Below, one piece after another: positions 55,622-64,000 of a DNA stretch of 64,000 nt. Within the stretch, counting starts at the first letter, position 1; every line of letters starts with the position of its first letter. The notes under the pieces were generated by a model. It saw only the letters and a list, made by a program, of their open reading frames with translations, did not search any database and was not told the DNA's origin. The stretch is from an uncultured Rivularia sp. (GTDB taxonomy: Bacteria; Cyanobacteriota; Cyanobacteriia; Cyanobacteriales; Nostocaceae), in assembly GCA_963665115.1 (NCBI GenBank), contig OY762007.1, positions 1,952,001 to 2,016,000 on the forward strand, written 5' to 3'. Made by a program: the position numbers and the translations under genes.

Positions 55622-55785
55622 CAACCAATTCGTTTTTATTACCGGCTCCTCAACTATCTATTCTAATTTCTTTACTCTTTACTCTTTACTCGCTACTCGC
55701 TATTTAAAGAATCTCCCCATCTCTCCCTCTCCCCCTCACCTCCACTTTGCAGTAAGCTGATAAATTATGCGTTTATCAAACTAAT

Positions 55786-57021
55786 ATGGCAACTATTAAC
55801 GACAATTATTTGAAGCTAAAAGCAGGTTATTTATTTCCCGAAATTGCGCGGAGAGTAAATGCTTTCGCTGAAGCTAACCCTAATGCGAAAATCATCAAAT
55901 TAGGAATTGGAGATGTTACCGAACCATTACCGGAAGCTTGTCGCACGGCGATGATAGAAGCTACCAAGGAAATGGGAAACCGAGAAACATTTCATGGTTA
56001 TGGCCCCGAACAAGGTTATGGTTGGTTGCGCGAAAAGATTGCCCATCAAGATTTCCAGGCACGAGGATGCGAAATTGACGCTTCCGAAATCTTTATTTCT
56101 GATGGTTCCAAATGCGATACGGGTAATATTCTCGATATTTTTGGTAAAAATAATACTATTGCGGTCACAGACCCCGTTTATCCCGTTTATGTTGATACTA
56201 ACGTCATGGCAGGTAATACAGGAGATGCCAAGAAAAGCGGAGAATATGAAGGCTTAGTATATTTACCAGTAACTGCTGATAATAATTTTACCGCTCAAAT
56301 TCCTTCACAAAAAGTTGATTTAATCTACCTTTGCTTTCCCAACAATCCCACGGGAGCCACCGCGAGTAAAGAAGATTTAAAGGCTTGGGTAGATTATGCA
56401 AAAGCGAATAATTCAATTATTTTCTTCGATGCAGCTTACGAAGCCTATATCACCGACTCCTCACTTCCCCATTCGATTTACGAAATTGAAGGTGCGAGAG
56501 ATTGTGCGATTGAATTCCGTTCCTTTTCCAAAAATGCAGGATTTACTGGAACCCGTTGCGCGTTGACAGTAGTACCCAAAACACTTACCGCAAAAGCTGC
56601 CGACGGTTCCGATGTCGAACTGTGGAAACTGTGGAATCGCCGTCAATCAACCAAATTTAATGGCGTATCTTATATAGTACAGCGCGGTGCAGAAGCAGTT
56701 TATTCTAAAGAAGGACAAGAGCAAATTAAAAAACTCGTCAGCTTCTACTTAGAAAACGCCAAAATCATCCGCGAGAAACTCACCGCTGCCGGATTGCAAG
56801 TTTACGGAGGAGTTAACGCACCTTACGTTTGGGTGAAAACACCTTTAGGATTAACCAGTTGGGACTTCTTCGATAAATTAGTCAACACTTGTAACGTAAT
56901 AGGAACACCAGGTTCCGGTTTTGGTGCTGCGGGTGAAGGTTATTTCCGTATTTCAGCTTTTAATAGTAGAGAAAATGTAGAAGAAGCAATGAAGCGGATT
57001 ACCGATAAATTTAAAGTTTAA
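55786..57021 (+). CDS. dapL: LL-diaminopimelate aminotransferase
   Basis: [38 protein letters not shown]. Confidence 0.96.
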   Translation: MATINDNYLKLKAGYLFPEIARRVNAFAEANPNAKIIKLGIGDVTEPLPEACRTAMIEATKEMGNRETFHGYGPEQGYGWLREKIAHQDFQARGCEIDASEIFISDGSKCDTGNILDIFGKNNTIAVTDPVYPVYVDTNVMAGNTGDAKKSGEYEGLVYLPVTADNNFTAQIPSQKVDLIYLCFPNNPTGATASKEDLKAWVDYAKANNSIIFFDAAYEAYITDSSLPHSIYEIEGARDCAIEFRSFSKNAGFTGTRCALTVVPKTLTAKAADGSDVELWKLWNRRQSTKFNGVSYIVQRGAEAVYSKEGQEQIKKLVSFYLENAKIIREKLTAAGLQVYGGVNAPYVWVKTPLGLTSWDFFDKLVNTCNVIGTPGSGFGAAGEGYFRISAFNSRENVEEAMKRITDKFKV

Positions 57022-57031
57022 AACTTTACTT

Positions 57032-57052
57032 AGTCAGGCATTTTGCCTGACT
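57032..57052 (+). terminator. Hairpin terminator after dapL
   Basis: AGTCAGGCA-TTT-TGCCTGACT. Confidence 0.6.
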
Positions 57053-57231
57053 ATGATTATCAAAAGAATTTTTGCTAGTTTCGATATAAATAATACTTAT
57101 TAAGTGTTATTTATCACAAAATTTTGGGAAAGATAAACATAAGAATCTAAGCTTACTTTAATGTTTTACAAGTAGTCTTTAGATTTTCTCCAAAAAGCTT
57201 TTTTTTCACTCAGATGATAAAAATTAAGACT

Positions 57232-57516
57232 TTAATATACTTCGTCATGAGTTCCAATATCAATTAGTAAAATTTCTTCTTCCCTAGAATCCTCATTTTC
57301 TACAAAGTTAAACACTATCCGGCAGTCATACTCTACTGAACAAGCCCAAGCTCCAGATAACTTACCTTTAAGTTTATGGGTTTGCAATAAAGGCTCGAAT
57401 GGGTCATTTGCCAACAAGGCAAGCCGTTCTTCAATCTGCTCTTTGAGTTCAGGTTGTCGCTTAATTAATCGCTTATATGCCCTTTTAAAGGAAGATGCAA
57501 AAACTAAAGTTTTCAC
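57232..57516 (-). CDS. Type II toxin, RelE/YafQ-like mRNA interferase
   Basis: FKRAYKR...HKLKGKLSG...RIVF...IGTHDEVY. Confidence 0.88.
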   Translation of the reverse strand: MKTLVFASSFKRAYKRLIKRQPELKEQIEERLALLANDPFEPLLQTHKLKGKLSGAWACSVEYDCRIVFNFVENEDSREEEILLIDIGTHDEVY

Positions 57517-57749
57517 TTATTCAACTCGTCCATAATTTCGGTGACGGAGCCACGAAAAACTTTACCTGTACGGTATTCGACATTTGCTTGAGCAACATTT
57601 TCAGCGATTTCATTCCGGCGCTTTTCAATAATCCGTTGCCGTACAACTTTTACTATTGCTTCCTGTTCCTCTAAAGATAACGTTTCTATACTTTCCAAAA
57701 CCCGATCAAACTTAGAAAATTCTGCCATTATCTCTGCTTGTTTTCCCAC
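57513..57749 (-). CDS. Putative cognate antitoxin
   Basis: Small ORF overlapping the toxin start by 4 nt. Confidence 0.75.
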   Translation of the reverse strand: MGKQAEIMAEFSKFDRVLESIETLSLEEQEAIVKVVRQRIIEKRRNEIAENVAQANVEYRTGKVFRGSVTEIMDELNK

Positions 57750-57915
57750 ATTTACATGGTAATTTTAACAGTAATTTTAAACCCCGAATTCAAAATACCC
57801 AATGCCCAATGCCCCATCCCCCATTCCCATTACATATATGTAAGCACCGCTGCTTGAAACTCCATCACCACAATCTGTAGGATAAATTCAGCAACAAGAG
57901 GATTGAACTGGAAAA

Positions 57916-58092
57916 ATGCCTACAGAAGAACAGTTAAAATGTCTGTACACAATAACTTGCCAGTTAACCTTCGTAATGCTCCAGCCAATTCACCTTGTTT
58001 ACTTAGATCGACGCACGTTAAATTTATATATATTAGCGGGTGAAAACGAAGATATCGAATTTGAAATAACTATTGATGGAGAAGTATTTTAA
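57916..58092 (+). CDS. Small protein, DUF6888-like (58 aa; not in the ORF track)
   Basis: MPTEEQLKCLY...PIHLVYLDRRTLNLYILAGE...IEFEI; TAATG coupling to the next gene. Confidence 0.65.
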   Translation: MPTEEQLKCLYTITCQLTFVMLQPIHLVYLDRRTLNLYILAGENEDIEFEITIDGEVF

Positions 58093-58295
58093 TGAATCCT
58101 GAAAACTATACTCAAATGTCCGACAAGCAGTTAAAAAAATATTTGATTAAAAATCGCAACGACAAAGCAGCACTTCAAGTTTATTTAAACCGCCGCCATC
58201 AACATTCAAATCCAGTAATTGCAACTCTCAATGAATCCGATTTTGAAGATAAAATTTTAACTGCAATTCGCGAAAAAATAAGTAATAAAACTTAG
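58092..58295 (+). CDS. Small protein, DUF6887-like
   Basis: NYTQMSDKQLKKYLIKNRND; translationally coupled to the upstream ORF. Confidence 0.65.
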   Translation: MNPENYTQMSDKQLKKYLIKNRNDKAALQVYLNRRHQHSNPVIATLNESDFEDKILTAIREKISNKT

Positions 58296-58302
58296 GTTAT
58301 TA

Positions 58303-58764
58303 TTGGATATTATAATCAACGAAATTTTAGAAACAGTCGCAAATTGGGCTAAAATACGCTCGGAAATATTCGCATTAGCTTTAGTCGGTTCTCATGCGCG
58401 AGGTGAAGCAACAGCAGATTCCGATATTGATATAATGGCGATCGCCTTTAACCCACAATTTTTCCGTCAAAATCATGATTGGATGCATGAAATAAACTGG
58501 GAATCCATCAACTACAAAATTCTAACCTTTAATGACGCTCAATATGGTGCAGTTTGGTCAAGACATATATATTTAGATGATTTGAGCAACAATCTAACCA
58601 GCAAGTTAAAAGTCGAAATTAGTTTTGGTTTACCTTCATGGGCATCGGTTAACCCGATCGATTCGGGTACTTTTAACGTAGTTAGTCGCGGCTGTAAAAT
58701 TCTTTACGATTCACAAGGAATTTTGACTAACTTGATGTCCAAAATAGATTTATACAAGAGATAA
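58303..58764 (+). CDS. Nucleotidyltransferase-domain protein
   Basis: GSHARG...SDIDI motif. Confidence 0.8.
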   Translation: MDIIINEILETVANWAKIRSEIFALALVGSHARGEATADSDIDIMAIAFNPQFFRQNHDWMHEINWESINYKILTFNDAQYGAVWSRHIYLDDLSNNLTSKLKVEISFGLPSWASVNPIDSGTFNVVSRGCKILYDSQGILTNLMSKIDLYKR

Positions 58765-58815
58765 TACAAATTGCAAAATCCAAAGCATCTGTTGTTGAAA
58801 TTCTGTTAGCGAATC

Positions 58816-58935
58816 ATGCATCCATTGCCAGATATTGCCTATATTCCCTGCAACCAAGAGATTGTAGAAGCCATACTAAAATTAGCTAAAATCAACTCCA
58901 AAGATATTCTCTATGATTTGGGTAAAGGTTTTTAA
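58816..58935 (+). pseudogene. N-terminal remnant of a SAM-dependent methyltransferase
   Basis: DIAYIP...VEAILKLA...DILYDLGKG, then a stop. Confidence 0.55.
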
Positions 58936-59189
58936 AATCGGTAATCGTAGAGCCGGGAAGGGAGTAATAGTTATAAGTGAACAGTTATTTTCTGATTATC
59001 CCCCATCTCCCCCTGAGCCGCACGCTCCGCGTGTTCAGCTTGCTGACTCGTTAGAGTAACGGGTTGCGCCACTTCTCTCAACGGAGGGAAGCTCCCCACG
59101 AGAGTGGCTTACCATCTCCAAATTCCCATTGAAGTTCCGCACTCTTCGGGTGATAATTGTTGATTGTTCATTGATAATTGATTCAAAAA

Positions 59190-59440
59190 ATGTCTATTTC
59201 AAAAACTGAAGCACAACAACTTTTAGAACGGATGATTTTTGAAGAGACTCACCCTAAAGATTGGGTAGAGGATGTTTGGGGGTTAAGCCCATTATTGGGA
59301 GATAGCGCTGCTAAATTATTTGAGGTTTTTGAAGCATTAATTGAATGTTGTCCCGAAGGGGACAGTTGGAAAATTTATTACAAAGCTATTATCAAGAAAA
59401 GTTGCTGAATGAAGATTTTTATCCAAATAACGAAAATTGA
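59190..59440 (+). CDS. Hypothetical protein (apparent indel at GGGG ~59358)
   Basis: MSISKTEAQQLLERMIF...CCPE continues as QLENLLQSYYQE in another frame. Confidence 0.6.
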
Positions 59441-59450
59441 TAACTAAAAT

Positions 59451-59840
59451 ATGCCTCAAACTAAAATATATGGTGTTCGCGAGTTTTTAAATCCGATTAA
59501 AAGCCAACTAAGTATAATAATTCATAGTTGTTTTGTGGATGCACTGCAATATCCTTCCGAGAAACGTTTCCATCGCTTTTTCCCGATGGATAAATCGGAT
59601 TTTATCTTTCCACCGGATAAAAGCCAAAGCTATTTGATTATTGAAATTAGTATGTTTGAAGGACGTTCCATTGAAGCAAAGAAAAACTTAATTCGCTTAC
59701 TTCTCAAACGTATTAGCGAAAGATTTCGTATTTCTCACAACGATATCGAAATTACCATATTTGAAACACCAAAACATAACTGGGGAGTGCGAGGTGTTCC
59801 CGGCGATGAATTGGATTTGGGTTACAAAGTGGATATTTGA
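59451..59840 (+). CDS. Tautomerase family protein
   Basis: N-terminal Pro; KRFHRF, GRSIEAKK, NWGVRG. Confidence 0.85.
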   Translation: MPQTKIYGVREFLNPIKSQLSIIIHSCFVDALQYPSEKRFHRFFPMDKSDFIFPPDKSQSYLIIEISMFEGRSIEAKKNLIRLLLKRISERFRISHNDIEITIFETPKHNWGVRGVPGDELDLGYKVDI

Positions 59841-60024
59841 ACAAGAGTTAGGAGTTGTGATACTTCACCAAACTAATTATCACGGGTTCGTAGTAGGGAA
59901 TGCCTGTCCCAAATCCCAGCGCTTACTACGAACTTTTGTCTCCATTTATCAAAATTTAATCTATTTTTATGAAATTTTTATCTGTTAAATCCTGGGTATA
60001 TAGCTATCTAAAGTAAAAATTATT

Positions 60025-60267
60025 GTGCCGTCTTCAAGTGATTTTATGACTCAGCATCAGTTTTTAGATCGGCGTTTTCAAGAATATAATGCAGCTTTGA
60101 TAAAAGCATTGCAAGATTTGGCTACTCAGTTAGAAGCAGAAAAATGCTGTCAACAAGGTAAAGTTGTTCGGGTGATGCTTGATATTTTATTAGAAGTCGA
60201 AACTAAAAATGCACAGTCTGTAACTGCAATCGAAGAAGATATTAAAAAGTCACTTCTGTTAGACTAA
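60025..60267 (+). CDS. Hypothetical protein
   Basis: 80-aa helical ORF. Confidence 0.5.
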   Translation: MPSSSDFMTQHQFLDRRFQEYNAALIKALQDLATQLEAEKCCQQGKVVRVMLDILLEVETKNAQSVTAIEEDIKKSLLLD

Positions 60268-61116
60268 GACGTTAACAAAATAGTCAATTAAATAGTCTAA
60301 GTAACCCTTTAATTCGTCAATTGCTTTATCGGAAACGACACCTGAAGTTTGCCAATCGCGGATATACTTACTTCTAATTAACTCAAATGCTTTCAAATAT
60401 ATCTCAATTGGTGGTTCGTAATGTGTAACTACCCCTTTGTAAACTAAACGGGGTTCGATTTCATTTTCCATGCAGCTACCAATTAGTTTGAGATATTTAC
60501 TGATGTTACGACAAAATTCTTCTATGTGAGGATGCTCTTGAGTTAATAATTCACGAGCCACTGTTTGCGCTAATTCGATTCGATTCGCTAATAGCCATCT
60601 TCCTCCTTCTATACATCCAGCCCTCTGCGATTCTAATTCTGGAAGCGATGCTGTTAATTCTTTTTCCAGATATTCTAATGAGTAACGAAGTTTGTCTTGT
60701 CTTTCTTGAACTTCTTTAAGATTTATAATTCCTACATGAGAGAACTTTTTATCTTCTAATTCCCTGATTAATACTTCTACAGTTGGTTTGATAATTTTAA
60801 CAATAAAATCTATCTGCTCTTGAATTCCCTCCGAAACCCGATCGCGTAGTTCGTAGTTTACGATTTTTTCTAGACGATTGTTTGTACTTTCTTCTAAAAC
60901 ATCAAGCTGCTGTTGCAAAGAGCTAATCATCTTCTCTTGAGATAATTCACTCTGCGACGAAGTTTTATACAGTTTTCTTTCTAAATCTTCTACTCTTCTT
61001 TGCATTCTTTTAAATAAAGATGCATTCACCCAAGGGCTAAAAATAAACCCTGCAAACCCATGTAAAGTTTTTCCCATTTTTCCTATTACCCCTGCATTAT
61101 TCAACTTTTGAGCCAT
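60259..61116 (-). CDS. Hypothetical coiled-coil protein
   Basis: 285-aa ORF with AAGGA RBS. Confidence 0.7.
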   Translation of the reverse strand: MAQKLNNAGVIGKMGKTLHGFAGFIFSPWVNASLFKRMQRRVEDLERKLYKTSSQSELSQEKMISSLQQQLDVLEESTNNRLEKIVNYELRDRVSEGIQEQIDFIVKIIKPTVEVLIRELEDKKFSHVGIINLKEVQERQDKLRYSLEYLEKELTASLPELESQRAGCIEGGRWLLANRIELAQTVARELLTQEHPHIEEFCRNISKYLKLIGSCMENEIEPRLVYKGVVTHYEPPIEIYLKAFELIRSKYIRDWQTSGVVSDKAIDELKGYLDYLIDYFVNVLV

Positions 61117-61793
61117 TCGGCTTATCCTTAAAATTTGACGTTAATTACAAGCTTCCGAATTTTGTTTGTAGAGTTTACTATTGTCTTAGAAGTTTACGAC
61201 ACCTATTAAAAAATATACTTACCTGCTTTACTTTGAGAGTGAATAGTTACCGCAAGCAATAACCAACTTTACTCTACTCATTAAATCTCCAGATTGCTTG
61301 AGAGTATTTATAATCGCGCAGATTATGCTGTATTTACGGGAAATTATGCCGAGAATATATATAAAGCGTAATCATACGGTGACTCAACTAAAATTGCTTA
61401 CCTTCCTAATGTCTATTCTAGCAATTTAAACGTTACAAAATATTCAACTACAGGCAATTTTTGTTATATACTTCACTATAAAATTACAATTTCTCCGTTT
61501 ACAAAAAATTTACTTATCCAAAAATTATTTTCGGGCAAATAAAAAATAACCCTATAGATAGATACTCGAAAGCGCTATTAATGATATCAAATTAAATTAA
61601 TCTCAAATTCATAAAGATTATTCAGAATCTACAAAAAATTTGTAAAACTATTAGTACGCAAAACCGTACTTAAGTATTAGCGTTCTCTACCCAAAAATAT
61701 TAGTAATGGTAGATACAATTAAGGTATAGATTGAGTAATGCTGTTCCACCAGAATAACAATTATGAAGACGCAGCATACTTCAGGAGAAAAAT

Positions 61794-62660
61794 ATGGAGA
61801 ATCAATTAAAGACAGCTGCTTTACTAGCTGCACTGAGCGGTCTTCTGATAGCTATTAGTTATTGGATAATTGGCGGTAGTGCAGGTTTAATTATAGGTAT
61901 CAGTATTGCAGCAATTACTAATCTTGTCTCTTGGTACCAATCGGATAAAATCGCTTTGGCAGCTTATCGAGCGCAGCCCGTTTCGCAAAGCGATGCGCCG
62001 GGACTCTATCGTATGGTAGAAAGACTATCTACTTCATCTAATATTCCTACGCCAAGGATATATATAGTTCCCGGTTCCAATGCTAACGCTTTCGCCACTG
62101 GGAGAGATCCAGAAAACGCCGCTGTCGCTGTCACCGAAGGGATTTTAAATATTCTCTCAGAGCAAGAACTTGAAGCCGTACTTGCCCACGAACTGACTCA
62201 CATCATAAATCGCGACACTCTTACTCAAGCGGTTAGCGCTACCATCGCCGGTGCAATTTCCTTTTTGGCACAGATGGTAAGTTACAGTTTATGGTTTGGC
62301 GGAAATTCGCGGGATGGAAATAGAGGTGCGAATCCTTTGGGAATGTTATTAACAGTAACTTTAGCCCCTTTAGCTGCAAGCGTGATTCAACTGGCAATTT
62401 CCCGCACGCGAGAATTTTCCGCCGATGCTGGTGCAGCCAAATTAACGGGTAATCCCCGTGCTTTAGCTCAAGCTTTACAGCGGTTAGATGCCACAGCGCG
62501 ACAAATGCCAATGGAGGCAAATCCAGCTTTCGAGCCTTTATTAATTATCAATCCCTTGAGCGGCAAATTCTTGGGCAACTTATTTAGAACCCATCCCAGC
62601 ACCGAAGCCAGGATTGAAGCATTATTAAAGATAGAGCAACAATTACCCACAAAAGTTTAA
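61794..62660 (+). CDS. htpX: M48 zinc metalloprotease, HtpX-like
   Basis: NAFATG, HELTH, SRTREFSAD, THP motifs. Confidence 0.88.
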   Translation: MENQLKTAALLAALSGLLIAISYWIIGGSAGLIIGISIAAITNLVSWYQSDKIALAAYRAQPVSQSDAPGLYRMVERLSTSSNIPTPRIYIVPGSNANAFATGRDPENAAVAVTEGILNILSEQELEAVLAHELTHIINRDTLTQAVSATIAGAISFLAQMVSYSLWFGGNSRDGNRGANPLGMLLTVTLAPLAASVIQLAISRTREFSADAGAAKLTGNPRALAQALQRLDATARQMPMEANPAFEPLLIINPLSGKFLGNLFRTHPSTEARIEALLKIEQQLPTKV

Positions 62661-62822
62661 ATATGAAGAGTGAAGATTGATTTGTAATCGTGAATTATTA
62701 GAACTTTAAAAATTGTATTTCGGTTCTAATTCATGTATTCTTAGCCCATGAAACAGCTAAACTTCAGTCTTCATCATAATTCATAATTCGTAATTCATAA
62801 ATCCTTAACTTTATCTAAAATC

Positions 62823-63221
62823 ATGACAGATAACAATCCACAACCAAAAGTAACGGTAGAAGTCAGTCCTCAAACTACCGAAATGGTAGAAAGCCAAATG
62901 CCTGGGGAAAGCCAAGATGTCAAAGATGAAACTGCTGCTTTAATTGAAGCCTTGAAAAGACGCGCTCAATCCGAAGCACAATCTGCCGGTACTCTTACCC
63001 GCGAAACCTACTTAAGTGCAGTACGTCAAGCACGAGAAACAATCGAACAAAACCAGCTTATCGAACGCGCTCGTATAGAAAATGCTTTCGAGATGGTGCA
63101 AAATGAAGCAACCAAAAACTTTGAATCGATTGTCGCAGAAGTGCAAGAACTTGGGGATCGATTACAAGCCGCAGCTCAAGCAGCTTGGGACGTACTAACA
63201 ACACCTCGTCCAAAGCCCTAG
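62823..63221 (+). CDS. Hypothetical protein
   Basis: 132-aa helical ORF. Confidence 0.7.
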   Translation: MTDNNPQPKVTVEVSPQTTEMVESQMPGESQDVKDETAALIEALKRRAQSEAQSAGTLTRETYLSAVRQARETIEQNQLIERARIENAFEMVQNEATKNFESIVAEVQELGDRLQAAAQAAWDVLTTPRPKP

Positions 63222-63472
63222 TAGCAATAAAAAATTTATTTTGTAGAGACGTTGCGATCGCGCAGCGTCTTTATTATTTTGGGGGATGGGGGAGAGGGAG
63301 AGGGGGGAGAGGGAGAGGGGGGAGAGGGGGTAGAGGGGGTAGAGGGGGGAGAGGGGGTAGATAAATATTTTTAACCTTTAACCTTTGACCTTTATTACTC
63401 ATTGACTCATATAATATTAAGGTTTTCACAAAAGCTTGAAAATCCCTGCTCGACTACTAAGAAGTAATACTT

Positions 63473-64000
63473 ATGCGAACTTACTATTGCGGCGAAATCC
63501 GTTCATCTAATATCGGAGAAACTGTCACTTTATATGGATGGGTAGACCGTCGCCGCGATCATGGGGGTGTGATATTCTTAGACTTGCGCGATCGCACTGG
63601 CATTGTGCAAATTGTTAGCGATCCACAACGTACTCCTGATTCTTACGAACAGGCGAATGCGCTGCGTTCGGAGTACGTTGTTAAAGTCACTGGTAGAGTA
63701 TCCCAACGTCCTGATGATTCTCTTAATCCCCGCTTACCTACTGGTGAAATTGAAATCTACATTGATAATATTGAACTGCTTAACGCAGTGCGATCGCAAT
63801 TACCTTTCCAAGTTTCTACCGCCGATACAGAACCCGTGAGGGAAGATTTACGGTTAAAATATCGTTATTTGGATTTGCGTCGGGAACGTATGGCGCGTAA
63901 TCTACAGTTACGCCATCAAGTTGTTAAAGCTATTCGTCGCTACCTTGAAGACGAAGAAAAGTTTATCGAAATCGAAACTCCCATACTAACTCGTTCGACT
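63473..64000 (+). CDS. aspS: Aspartyl-tRNA synthetase, N-terminal part (runs off window end)
   Basis: MRTYYCGE...[20 protein letters not shown]...[11 protein letters not shown]...IETPILTRS. Confidence 0.96.
   Translation, partial: MRTYYCGEIRSSNIGETVTLYGWVDRRRDHGGVIFLDLRDRTGIVQIVSDPQRTPDSYEQANALRSEYVVKVTGRVSQRPDDSLNPRLPTGEIEIYIDNIELLNAVRSQLPFQVSTADTEPVREDLRLKYRYLDLRRERMARNLQLRHQVVKAIRRYLEDEEKFIEIETPILTRST

Noticed and set aside
63603..63839. 78-aa ORF in the track
   Set aside because: Out-of-frame overlap with aspS, which starts at 63473 and runs off the window.

Overview
AT-rich chromosomal window from a filamentous, very likely heterocyst-forming cyanobacterium (Nostocales, Rivularia/Calothrix-like by inference). 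Support: more than 20 HIP1 octamers (GCGATCGC), many heptamer STRR tracts, and dapF-hfq synteny. Content: housekeeping genes (truB, dapF, hfq, ggt, dapL, htpX-like, partial aspS), signalling proteins (two hybrid kinases, one a CheB-CheR fusion, and a REC-GAF-GGDEF-EAL protein), three tandem filamentous-haemagglutinin-type exoproteins, a protealysin/emfourin pair, toxin-antitoxin-like pairs, and a dense set of small mobile elements. About ten genes are split at short homopolymers, most likely from sequencing or assembly indels. The most unusual signals are: (i) an abutting array of MITEs plus a full IS630, all joined by shared CTAG junctions (45.3-47.1 kb); (ii) next to it, a ~300-bp IS200/IS605 derivative that keeps both ends, a promoter and the predicted omegaRNA but no ORF; (iii) a TnpB element inserted cleanly in an aldo/keto reductase; (iv) a 47/48-bp element inserted twice at the same position of HIP1; (v) a candidate NtcA-activated sRNA, a PatX-like RGSGR peptide, and a secreted peptide whose C-terminal region is about half Arg. 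No rRNA, tRNA or CRISPR array was found. All calls come from reading the sequence only.
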